Assembly: GCA_005222975.1 (NCBI GenBank)
Contig: NJBI01000044.1
Coordinates: 1-29,712, forward strand
Source of the DNA: Promethearchaeota archaeon Loki_b31
GTDB lineage: Archaea > Asgardarchaeota > Lokiarchaeia > Sigyniarchaeales > SOKP01
Direction of reading: 5' to 3'
DNA: 29,712 nucleotides
Position numbers and translations under genes: made by a program. Below, one piece after another: positions 8,688 to 17,824 of this stretch. The first letter of the stretch is position 1; the number at the start of each line of letters is the position of its first letter. A model generated the notes under the pieces. That model was not told the DNA's origin. It was given only the letters and a program-made list of their open reading frames with translations, and made no database searches.

Positions 8688-10859
8688 ATGAACGATACTT
8701 CCGATATTTCTTATTTTTTCAACCCTAAAAGCATTGCCGTTATAGGCGCCAGTGCTACGCTTAGTAAAGTAGGTTATAATGTTTTGAGAAATATCATTGA
8801 ATCAAAGTATTCTGGAAAAATTTTTCCTATTAATCCAAAAACTAAAGAAATATTGGGATATAAGGCTTATAAGAGCGTCTTAGATGTACCAGAGGATATT
8901 GACATCGCTTTATTTGTTATTCCTAGTAAGTTTGTTAATTCCATCGCAGAAGAATGTGGAAAGAAAGGAATAAAGGGCTTAGTTGTTATCACCGCCGGTT
9001 TTAAAGAGATAGGAGGCGAAGGAATAACTCGTGAACAAGAGCTAATTAAAGTTGCAAATAAGTATGGTATGAGAATTATTGGTCCAAATTGTTTAGGCTT
9101 TATCGGGGTAAATTATAACGGCTCGTTTGCAGCCAATACTCCTAAAAAAGGGCATATCGCTATGATTTCTCAATCTGGTGCTTTTCTCACATCGTTTATG
9201 GATTTCTCAATGGATCAAGCTTTTGGTTTTTCTTGCAATATAAGTTTAGGAAATAAAGCAGATATGGACGAAGTTGATTTTATTGAATATTTAGCGAACG
9301 ATGATAATACATCTGTAATTTTATGCTATTTAGAAAGCATAGAAGAAGGAGAAAAGTTCCTAAGAGTTGTATCTAAAGCAGCAAAGAAAAAACCAATTGT
9401 TATATTGAAAGCTGGAGTTAGCGATGCTGGAGCTAGGGCAGCTTCAAGTCACACTGGAGCGTTAGCCGGTTCTGACATAGCATACGATTTAGCTTTTCAC
9501 AAATGTGGGGTTTTAAGAGCAAAAACAATCGCTGACCTTTTTGATTACGGAGAAATCTTTTTGTTTCAACCAATCCCTAATAAAAACTCCTTTGCGATTA
9601 TAACTAATGCAGGTGGTCCGGGTATTATAGCTACTGACGCATTTGAGCGAGAAGGGCTTAGATTTGCCCAATTTACCGAACCAATATTGCATTTGTTGCG
9701 AGAGAATTTGCCCGCAGAAGCAGCAATATTTAATCCTGTAGATATAATTGGAGATGCTACTCCAGATAGGTATGAATTTACTATAAAAACTGTTTTTGGT
9801 TTAAACAATGATAACAGCCATGAAACCGTAAAAGAAGAAGACGTTACAACATATGGTGCCCTTATCATAATGAGCCCACAAGCGCAAACGCGCCCATACG
9901 ATGTGGCCAAATTAGTGCATGAAATATCGTCAAAGCACTTACAAAATAAGCCAATTGTTTGTTCCCTTATAGGAGGAGTTTCAATGGTCGAAGCAACCAA
10001 ATACTTAAAGCAAAATCATATTCCTTGTTATCCTTTCCCAGAGAGAGCTGCTCAATCTCTTAAAGCATTAGTCAAATATAACCAATTTTTAAATAAAACT
10101 GCTCTTGATGCTATAGAAATTCCAAAATATGATGTTCAAAAAGAAAAAGTTAAAGAGATATTTAATAACGTAAGAAATGATGAGAGAACGGTTCTTTTAA
10201 GCTACGAGACAAGCGAAGTTTTTGATTCTTATGGTATACATTCTCCAAAGTCAAGATTAGCAAAAACACCCCGAGAGGCAATGGTATACCAAAAAGAAAT
10301 TGGAAATTCAGTAACGAAAATCGTAAGCCCACAAATAATACATAAAACGGATGTTGGGGGGATAATTATAAACATCGATACTCCAGAGAAAGCTTTTGAA
10401 GCGTTCATTCAAATAGTTGATAACGCAAAAAAGTTTGGTCCACAAAATGTCAAAATTTACGGCGTAGAAATACAAGAAATGGTAAATTTTAAACAAGAAA
10501 AGAAAGTTAACGAATTAATTATTGGCATGTCGCGAGATGCCCAATTTGGACCGTTAATAATGATTGGATCTGGTGGAATTTATGCTAATTTTCTTAAAGA
10601 CATTTCCTTTGCTTTATCTTACAAGTTTACAAGAGATAACGCAGCAGAAATGCTTCAAAAAACAAAAATCTTTAGTCTTTTACAAGGAGTACGCGGCGAA
10701 AGCTCGTCAGACATCGAATCCATAATTGAAGTTCTATTACGCCTTTCACAATTAGTTAATGACTTCCCGTATATAATGGAATTAGACATCAACCCCCTTT
10801 TAAGTTTTATTAAAGGTTATTCAGCGGTAGACATTAAAATAACAATATCACGAGAATGA
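8688..10859 (+). CDS. acdAB: ADP-forming acetate/acyl-CoA synthetase, fused alpha-beta (CoA-binding, ligase and ATP-grasp domains)
   Basis: PKSIAVIGAS, IIGPNCLG, SQSGA, SLGNKAD, phospho-His SHTG, TNAGGPG, HKTDVGG, ELDINP. Confidence 0.9.
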   Translation: MNDTSDISYFFNPKSIAVIGASATLSKVGYNVLRNIIESKYSGKIFPINPKTKEILGYKAYKSVLDVPEDIDIALFVIPSKFVNSIAEECGKKGIKGLVVITAGFKEIGGEGITREQELIKVANKYGMRIIGPNCLGFIGVNYNGSFAANTPKKGHIAMISQSGAFLTSFMDFSMDQAFGFSCNISLGNKADMDEVDFIEYLANDDNTSVILCYLESIEEGEKFLRVVSKAAKKKPIVILKAGVSDAGARAASSHTGALAGSDIAYDLAFHKCGVLRAKTIADLFDYGEIFLFQPIPNKNSFAIITNAGGPGIIATDAFEREGLRFAQFTEPILHLLRENLPAEAAIFNPVDIIGDATPDRYEFTIKTVFGLNNDNSHETVKEEDVTTYGALIIMSPQAQTRPYDVAKLVHEISSKHLQNKPIVCSLIGGVSMVEATKYLKQNHIPCYPFPERAAQSLKALVKYNQFLNKTALDAIEIPKYDVQKEKVKEIFNNVRNDERTVLLSYETSEVFDSYGIHSPKSRLAKTPREAMVYQKEIGNSVTKIVSPQIIHKTDVGGIIINIDTPEKAFEAFIQIVDNAKKFGPQNVKIYGVEIQEMVNFKQEKKVNELIIGMSRDAQFGPLIMIGSGGIYANFLKDISFALSYKFTRDNAAEMLQKTKIFSLLQGVRGESSSDIESIIEVLLRLSQLVNDFPYIMELDINPLLSFIKGYSAVDIKITISRE

Positions 10860-10924
10860 AATATCAGAAAATATAAAAAATTAATAATATATAATAAAAA
10901 TTGAAAAGAAAAAAGGAATCAAAG

Positions 10925-11989
10925 ATGGTAAAATCAATATATTTATGTTCATTGCGAGAACATGTTGGAAAAAGCCTGTTATCGATTGGAATCATGTCAA
11001 AGTTACAAGAAGAAGGTAAAAAAGTAGCTTATTTTAAACCAATCGGCATTCCTAAAGGAGCTTTTTCGGATAAAGCTGATAGAGACGTTGGATTTATTCA
11101 AAATACAGTTTTTAAAACTACCTTACCGTACGATATTATTAGCCCTGTGTCAATTCCAGATTGTTATTATGTCGATTTAATCGATGCAACTAAAAAAGAA
11201 GACCATCTCCAAATAATTAAAAACGCGCATGTCGAGTTGAGTAAATCATACGATTACATCATTATCGAAGGGGCGCCAAGTATCAAAAAATACATCCGAG
11301 TTGGGTTGGACGATATTACAGTTGCCCAAGCTCTAGGAGTTGACGAATTAGTTTTTATTCAAACAGAATCGTCCGATAAATGCATTGATAATTTGTTTTT
11401 TGCGAAGAAGTATTTTGAATTTAGAAATATAAAGATAAAAGGAGTTATTTTTAACAAAATTGACTACGATTATAAAGCGCGGATTGAAGAACTAGAGGAA
11501 AATCATATTAAGCGCTATAATATTCCTATAATTGGTCTCATCGAAAAGAGTTTAGAGTTGTTGTCCCCGCGGGTTTCAGAGTTAATGGAAGCTATTGGTG
11601 GCGAACTTATAAATCAATCGGCAATTGAAGGGTTAAATTCTATTGTAGAGACATATCTTATAGTTGCAATGAACGTCCAAGCTGCCTTAAAATACTTGCA
11701 CTCCGTAAAAAGAGTAGTAGTAATCACAGGAGGAGATCGTCCAGATATTGCTTTAGCAGCCATTGAAGAAAATGTTTTGGCGTTAATCTTGACAGGCTTT
11801 ATACAACCAGACGCTAAAGTAATATACGCGGCAAACGAGAAAAAGATACCCATAATCTTAAGTCCATCTGACACCTACACAACAATAAGGAACATGGAAC
11901 GCGTAAGGCCCGGAATTCAAGAGGAGGAAATTAATCTCGTCTTAGAACTAGTTAAAAAACATTTAGATTGGGACCTTTTGTTAAAATAA
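10925..11989 (+). CDS. Phosphotransacetylase N-terminal-like (BioD/AAA_26 plus DRTGG) protein
   Basis: VGKS..., YFKPIG, IIIEGA, ITGGDRPDI, LILTG; commonly adjacent to ADP-forming acyl-CoA synthetases; ATG at 10925 preferred over TTG at 10901. Confidence 0.85.
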   Translation: MVKSIYLCSLREHVGKSLLSIGIMSKLQEEGKKVAYFKPIGIPKGAFSDKADRDVGFIQNTVFKTTLPYDIISPVSIPDCYYVDLIDATKKEDHLQIIKNAHVELSKSYDYIIIEGAPSIKKYIRVGLDDITVAQALGVDELVFIQTESSDKCIDNLFFAKKYFEFRNIKIKGVIFNKIDYDYKARIEELEENHIKRYNIPIIGLIEKSLELLSPRVSELMEAIGGELINQSAIEGLNSIVETYLIVAMNVQAALKYLHSVKRVVVITGGDRPDIALAAIEENVLALILTGFIQPDAKVIYAANEKKIPIILSPSDTYTTIRNMERVRPGIQEEEINLVLELVKKHLDWDLLLK

Positions 11990-12076
11990 TACCCGTTTAA
12001 TTTTTTATTACAATAATAACTCTTACATCAAATGTTATACCAATAGAAAAGGAGATATCAGTTTATCTTCTCTTTT

Positions 12077-12688
12077 TTATTTTTCTTTCTTGCTTTTTGA
12101 ACGAAATTCAATGTCCACAATAAGATTTGGGAGGTCATATTTTTTTAATTTATTTCTAATAGCTTCAAAACCAGAACATTGACCCCATTTAAATTGAGAC
12201 TCACATTTTTTACACGTATTATATAACCCATATGCGTGGTAAATATTTAAAAAAGTGAGGATAGCACTAAAAACTAAAAAAAAGATTATAAAATTTGTAA
12301 AAAATGGAAAATTCAGAGAGAAAATCCCCCAAAATATCAAAGCTGAACCAAATCCGATAAATATTTTTTGAATAATTTTTATAGTTTTAATTTTCGTAAC
12401 TCTTGTAAAACTTAGAAAAAAGGTTGACATAAACAGAATGCCAAAATTTATTAAATAATTTGAAGGAATTGATTCGTTTAGTTTAAAAACTCCAAGAATT
12501 ATTATCGATATGAACGATGTAGGATATCCAATAAAACACCCAATGCAAAATTCATATTTGCGAAATTTAATTGCGTGTCCCTTGAAATTCTCGCATTCTG
12601 GGTGGTGCCTAAGCAAAAATGAACCAAAACTCTTAATAATTAAGAAAGTTTCTGATAACTTGTTCCTTTTTTTCTCTTTACTTTTCAT
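12077..12688 (-). CDS. Cys/His-rich four-TM membrane protein (DUF2085-like); paralog of 16659-17243
   Basis: HHPxC...H...FCIGC before the TMs; CxxC...W..C after them. Confidence 0.65.
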   Translation of the reverse strand: MKSKEKKRNKLSETFLIIKSFGSFLLRHHPECENFKGHAIKFRKYEFCIGCFIGYPTSFISIIILGVFKLNESIPSNYLINFGILFMSTFFLSFTRVTKIKTIKIIQKIFIGFGSALIFWGIFSLNFPFFTNFIIFFLVFSAILTFLNIYHAYGLYNTCKKCESQFKWGQCSGFEAIRNKLKKYDLPNLIVDIEFRSKSKKEK

Positions 12689-12912
12689 TATATCGATAAG
12701 TAAATTTAATCGTTAGAAATTAATTACAAAAGATATGTGATACATCCTATAAAGACCATGTGTCTTAGTTCAAATAAAAAAATTGTTATCATCAAATTTT
12801 GCATGAAGAAGCAAGATTAAAGCGCTAACCTGAATCGATGGTAAAATTACTAAAAACAATCATTACTTAATAAAATTGTTGAATTTTAGTCAAAAGAAAA
12901 CTTAAAAATCAC

Positions 12913-12938
12913 AAAAAAGTTATATAAATGACTTTTTT
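12913..12938. promoter_or_regulatory. 11-4-11 imperfect inverted repeat overlapping a BRE/TATA-like box
   Basis: AAAAAAGTTAT-ATAA-ATGACTTTTTT; the half-site AAAAAAGTCAT recurs at 13073-13083. Confidence 0.4.
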
Positions 12939-13147
12939 ACTTATAGATGATTTATGCTTTTATTGCATATCAACATTATTTATCAAAAAAGATTAACGAT
13001 ATTGATAATGCAATTTCCGTTTTCGTTACCTTAACTTTCCGAAATTATTCCCATAATTATCGAAAATGTACGAAAAAAGTCATGATTTAAATATTAAAAA
13101 TCATATTTCTATCATAGAAACATTAAAAATAATAATTTTGATGAAAA

Positions 13148-13417
13148 ATGGCTGTAAAAGTAAATAAAAGAAATATTGACGATGTATTTGATGATGAATA
13201 TAATAAAATAAGAAAATCTTTATCAGGCTTAAATGAGATTTTTAAAATTAATCTTTTAGAGAATAATATCTATTATCAATGCGCTAACGATAATCTTGAA
13301 TCCATACATGAAACTATAATCAGTCTATTAAAACATATGTACTCACCTCGAGAAGTGAGAATGAGGTTACGAGAGATCGAATATGACGAGCTTGAAGCCC
13401 AAGAAAGCTACATCTAA
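13148..13417 (+). CDS. Small helical hypothetical protein
   Basis: 89 aa ATG ORF; 'YSPREVRMRLREIEYDE' motif; no family recognised. Confidence 0.65.
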   Translation: MAVKVNKRNIDDVFDDEYNKIRKSLSGLNEIFKINLLENNIYYQCANDNLESIHETIISLLKHMYSPREVRMRLREIEYDELEAQESYI

Positions 13418-13524
13418 TAGTATTCCTTTTTTAATCGTTTATTAAAAATATTTGTGTGCTTTTCGTCAAAACTGTTACTTATTATTACTAAATTTTTATA
13501 TTAAGAAAATAAGTTTGTATTTTA

Positions 13525-14930
13525 TTATTTCCAGATTGAATTTAATTCCCAAATATCGAGAGAATTCACTTTCACTTTTCCTCCTGTTGTAAATAGATCA
13601 AGAGCAAACGGTAAGTTGCGTTTGGAAATGATTTGACCTGTAATACATTCACGATGGTTTGCAAAAACTTCGATAATCGAATTGTCAATAAAGATATGCA
13701 AGTTCAATTTCTTATTATTATTTTCAAGAATGAAATTAACTTTATCTTTGCCAGACCATAATACATTATTTTATTGGTCATATCCGATTGATTCAGCTTG
13801 GTTTATAGATTTAGATTTAAACAATTGAATTCCAAAAGACTTTGCATCAAGTAATTCAAACTTTATCACGATTTCTAAATGTTTACTTCGAATTTTTTTT
13901 AAAATCTCCTTAGAATTCTGAGAAATTACGATGTTGCTAAATTTATAATGCTTTTTCCTCAATTTTTCGAGCTCTGGTAATGGGGCGTATTTTAACTTAT
14001 TATCTGGACCTAAACTCAATATCCGTGGTAAGGACAAACAACAGTTCCATCCTTTAATGCCTGTAGCACGAATCCATGCCCATAAGATTATTCTATTATG
14101 TGGGTCCTTCATTACATTGGTTGCGTAGAACAAACGACCGTAATCTAAAGCGTACCAATGATTCGGAATAAAAGAATTATTCTTGTAGTCTCCTACAGCG
14201 TAGATAACTTTATTTTGGGGGATACAATAAGTATGTATTTATCCTTGATTGGAAAGAAATTTGGACATTCCCAGTTCTTACCTTTCTTCCTATCTTCGAT
14301 ACATAATGGACCAATAAATTCCCAAGTGTAGAAGTTCGACGATTTATAAAGTAAAACTATAGGTCTTCTTGGATTAGTTAAGTGTCCTCCTAAAACAGCG
14401 TACCATTCGTTACTTTCTTTCCATACAAAGGGATCGCGCCAATCTCTTATGTCTAATTTCTTATGAATTTCTTGGGTCAAAACAGGATTATTTTCGTATT
14501 TTTGCCAAGTCACCATGTTATCTGAGCTTGTAGCAATCCATTGTTCGGCTTCAGTAGCTGGTGGTTTACTAGGCCCTATACTAGTGTACAATATTGTTGG
14601 TGTGTTGTCAATAACGATACAACTTCCGGAAAAACAGTGAGTCTCGCCTTTATCTACAGAGGGAATCAATGCTATTGGTAAATGCTCCCATTGAACTAAA
14701 TCTTTACTTTTAGCGTGCCCCCAATGAACATTTCCCCATTGCGCTTCATAAGGGTTATGCTGATAAAAAATGTGGTATTCTCCTTTATAGTAAATGGGAC
14801 CGTTTGGATCGTTCATCCAATTAGTTGGGGCAATAAAATGATATTTTGGCCTTAAAGGGCAATCCTCTGCTCTTAAACGAGCGTTCTTATACATTTCTAA
14901 ATAAATCTTCTTTTCATTATTTTTATCCAT
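13525..14930 (-). pseudogene. GH32 beta-fructofuranosidase / sucrose-6-phosphate hydrolase, disrupted by a frameshift (G5 at 14217-14221) and an in-frame TAA (13771-13773)
   Basis: WMNDPNG, WGHA, FSGS, RDP and WECP motifs. One extra C restores VSPQNKVIYAVG...LDYGRLFYA; reading through the TAA joins the C-terminal 'HIFIDNSIIEVFAN' domain. Confidence 0.9.
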
Positions 14931-15010
14931 TAATAAAACTAAAATTTTGAAAATTATTTTTAATCTTCTAAATGAATGGGGGGTTGATGAATATTAAAAC
15001 AAAAAATCTA

Positions 15011-15031
15011 GAATTCCGAATTCAGAATTCT
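15011..15031. repeat. Three tandem 7-mers GAATTCN
   Basis: gaattcc gaattca gaattct, against a single gaattc in copy B; changes the gene's stop from TAG to TGA. Confidence 0.8.
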
Positions 15032-15663
15032 GAACCACAATTTGGGCAAAATTTTGCTTCAGCAGGTAATTTTCCACCACATCTAGGGCAAAAATTTGGC
15101 TTCGTTATCGTATCCACAGTTTTTATTGTAGAAGTAGATGGTGCTTTACTATAATACTCTTCTTTCAGTTTTAATATCTCTCTATCTAATTTAGAGCCCT
15201 TTTTTCTCGATTTTGAAAAAAATGCAGTTAGAACCCATAAAATTATCATTATTGGTACAAAGAAAACTATTGACATAATTGTAATTACAATCGCATAAAT
15301 ATAACTATGACTCCCATAAGGAAACAAAAGTGGCCCAAAAATGAGATATAATAGCAATCCGCATGTGACCAATATAGCTGAAACTAAAGAAACTTTGTAT
15401 GTCCAATCACTTTTTGTATCTATTAAGTTTTCTTCTGTATTTTTTGTCTTATTTAGAAGAAAACTAATTCTAAATTTGCTACCTGAAAGAAAAGAACCAA
15501 TCAGAACAAGATTGTCTGATGGATTAAGTATTGGCTTTTTTCCTGCTGAAAAACAATAATGCACGTTACCTTGATTGTCTTCGAGCATGAAAGCTAAATT
15601 ACCCGATTCTGATCTAACGAATTGTTTTACTCTTCCTTCTAATACTGCTGTACGAATTGACAT
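15022..15663 (-). CDS. Membrane protein with putative N-terminal OB fold, two TMs and C-terminal double zinc ribbon (copy A)
   Basis: CPRCG...FCPNCG C-terminus; two hydrophobic helices; GRVKQF..S..GNLAFMLED N-terminus. Confidence 0.8.
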   Translation of the reverse strand: MSIRTAVLEGRVKQFVRSESGNLAFMLEDNQGNVHYCFSAGKKPILNPSDNLVLIGSFLSGSKFRISFLLNKTKNTEENLIDTKSDWTYKVSLVSAILVTCGLLLYLIFGPLLFPYGSHSYIYAIVITIMSIVFFVPIMIILWVLTAFFSKSRKKGSKLDREILKLKEEYYSKAPSTSTIKTVDTITKPNFCPRCGGKLPAEAKFCPNCGSEF

Positions 15664-15728
15664 GATGATTTTTTCTCAATAATAATAACTTTTAATTGAA
15701 TATCAAATATTTTAAAGTTATACATATT

Positions 15729-15869
15729 TTAAAACTTTTATTTTTTCCTTTTTCTGAATCCGTGCTCGTATAATTTATCTCTAATTGGTTTCCACGCGGG
15801 ACAATTATCCCAATCGCCTTCATAATCGCAATTTAAGCGCTCCTTTTTTATATGATTTGATCTGATATA
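15729..15869 (-). pseudogene. Duplicated 3' fragment of the DUF2085-like gene at 16659-17243
   Basis: Matches 16659-16799 (YIRSNHIKKE.L.C.YEGDWDNCPAWKPIRDKLYEHGFRKRKK); no 5' part. Confidence 0.85.
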
Positions 15870-16799
15870 TCCATTGATAAAATTAAAACTTTTAAAATTA
15901 TTTTTAATTTTCTAAATGAATGGGGATTTGATAAATATTAAAATAAAGAATCTAGAATTCTGAACCACATCTAGGGCAAAATTTCGCTTCAGCAGGGAAT
16001 TTTCCACCACAATTAGGGCAAAAATTTGGCTTCGTTATCGTATCCACAGTTTTTATTGTAGAAGTAGATGGTGCTTTATTAGAATACTCTTCTTTCAGTT
16101 TTATTATCTCTCTATCTAATTTAGAGCTCTTTTTTCTCGATTTTGAAAAAACTACAGTTAGTACCCATAAAATTATTATTGGTCCCACAAGGTAAGAGAT
16201 TGAAATAATTAGAGTTATATATGAAAAAACATAAATCCCATAAGGATCCACTGGGGTAAAAGATAGATAAAAAAAGAGATATAACACAAATCCGCATGTG
16301 ACTAATATAGCTGAAACTAAAGAAACTTTGTATGTCCAATCAAATTTTGTATCTCTTAAGTTTTCTTCTGTATTTTTTGTCTTATTTAGAACAAAACTAA
16401 TACTAAATTTGTTACCTGAAAGATAAGAACCAATCAGGACAAGATTGTCTGATGAATTAAGTATTGGCTTTTTTCCTGCTGAAAAACAATAACGCACGTT
16501 ACCTTGATTGTCTTCGAGCATGAAGGCTAAATTGCCCGATTCAGATTTAACAAATTGTTTTACTCTTCCTTCTAACACTGCTGTCCGAACTGACATATTG
16601 ATTTCTTCTCAATAACAATATTAATTGAATGCCAAATATCCTAAAGTAATACCTATTTTTAAACTTTTATTTTTTTCCTTTTTCTGAATCCGTGCTCGTA
16701 TAATTTATCTCTAATTGGTTTCCACGCAGGACAATTATCCCAATCGCCTTCATATTCACATGTTAAGCACTCTTTTTTTATATGATTTGATCTGATATA
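15868..16799. repeat. Copy B of the ~0.94 kb tandem duplication
   Basis: See copy A; the junction at 15868-15869 has 2 nt of microhomology (TA). Confidence 0.9.
15952..16596 (-). CDS. Membrane protein with putative OB fold, two TMs and double zinc ribbon (copy B)
   Basis: 10 differences from copy A over the first ~102 aa; CPNCG...FCPRCG C-terminus. Confidence 0.8.
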   Translation of the reverse strand: MSVRTAVLEGRVKQFVKSESGNLAFMLEDNQGNVRYCFSAGKKPILNSSDNLVLIGSYLSGNKFSISFVLNKTKNTEENLRDTKFDWTYKVSLVSAILVTCGFVLYLFFYLSFTPVDPYGIYVFSYITLIISISYLVGPIIILWVLTVVFSKSRKKSSKLDREIIKLKEEYSNKAPSTSTIKTVDTITKPNFCPNCGGKFPAEAKFCPRCGSEF

Positions 16800-17243
16800 C
16801 GCTATGACCCCTATAAGAAAATTAATTTCCACTAAGACAAGAATTTTAATTATTATTGGAAAGGGTAAGAGAATTACTGAAACGACATGAAATCCTACTC
16901 CTATACCATTACAAGCTTTTGAGAAAACTTTTAAAAACTTATATTTTGTTAAGCCTATTATATTAAAGATAATTGGAGAAAAAAAAACAAAAGATATTAG
17001 ATATAACATCACTAAATTGTAGCTATTTAATTCGATAAATAATAAAGTAAGAATAATTGTTATTAATATGAAAGGGTAAAGCGTAAAACAACCAATACAA
17101 AATTTATATTTACCTAAATGGTAAACATGGCTAGAAAAATGGTCGCAATTTGGGTGATGAGATAGTAGTATAGGTTTGAAATCAGACACAAGTAAAATAA
17201 AACGAGAAAAATTTTTTCTAATTTTATTTAAAAATTTTACCAT
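16659..17243 (-). CDS. Cys/His-rich four-TM membrane protein (DUF2085-like); paralog of 12077-12688
   Basis: LSHHPNC...H...FCIGC, four TMs, CLTC...WDNCP; AAGGAG upstream. Confidence 0.7.
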   Translation of the reverse strand: MVKFLNKIRKNFSRFILLVSDFKPILLSHHPNCDHFSSHVYHLGKYKFCIGCFTLYPFILITIILTLLFIELNSYNLVMLYLISFVFFSPIIFNIIGLTKYKFLKVFSKACNGIGVGFHVVSVILLPFPIIIKILVLVEINFLIGVIAYIRSNHIKKECLTCEYEGDWDNCPAWKPIRDKLYEHGFRKRKKIKV

Positions 17244-17347
17244 AATTAAAGGAGAAACCTCAAATTTTGATATTTAAAATAATTTTAAGTGCGTTTTTTT
17301 ATAAAAAATAAAAAAAAATAGTTGATTTTAAGATAAGTATTTATAAA

Positions 17348-17563
17348 TTAATCTCTAACAACTAAGTAAATTATACAGCCAATACAACTAGTTAATAAAA
17401 CGATTAATAACCATACAGGTGCATTCATGTCTCTCTTTTTGGCATCTTTGTATACCCAAATTGCTATAAGTAAACTAATAATAAAGGAGACTATGCTTAC
17501 AACAATCATAATCATCCATATTCCTGCAAGCGCTCCTGTTATATCGGGAATTGTAAATAGCAT
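17348..17563 (-). CDS. Small membrane protein, PLDc_N-like
   Basis: IWVYKDAKKRDM..WLLIVLL...IG.IIYLV motif; GAGG upstream. Confidence 0.7.
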   Translation of the reverse strand: MLFTIPDITGALAGIWMIMIVVSIVSFIISLLIAIWVYKDAKKRDMNAPVWLLIVLLTSCIGCIIYLVVRD

Positions 17564-17824
17564 TTTTTTTTCCTCATTTATTTTTTTTTGTTACTATACA
17601 AATTATTTTAATTTGTTGTAATTATCATATTTGCCCTTTTATTTAAAGATATATATTTTCCCCGAAATAACCCATTCCTATTATCATATTTCAAATTAAA
17701 TCTTTTATCTGAATAAATTTGAAATAAGTTTTATACAAAATAGAATAAAACGACAAAATTATTCTAAAGTCTTAAAATTTTTAATTAGTAATAGTTTTAT
17801 CAGTAAAAGTATTAGTCTATTAAT

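Larger units (their letters stand above)
14924..15869. repeat. Copy A of a ~0.94 kb tandem duplication
   Basis: Aligns with 15868-16799 across the GH32 start and upstream region, the zinc-ribbon gene and the 3' end of the DUF2085-like gene. Confidence 0.9.

Noticed and set aside
12801-12840. SECIS-like ATGA...AAA...GA element
   Set aside because: The stem pairs poorly and no in-frame TGA selenoprotein candidate is nearby; hdrB and hdrC have only Cys codons
14214-14221. Programmed -1 frameshift in GH32
   Set aside because: TCC CCC AAA is not a canonical X_XXY_YYZ heptamer in frame, and a downstream TAA would still truncate the product
14960-15024. TGA readthrough (Sec) of zinc-ribbon copy A
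   Set aside because: The TGA arises from a 7-mer micro-duplication; the paralog stops at the same residue with TAG
15240-16290. Diversity-generating retroelement TR/VR pair
   Set aside because: Differences between the paralogs are not adenine-specific, include an indel, and no reverse transcriptase is in the window
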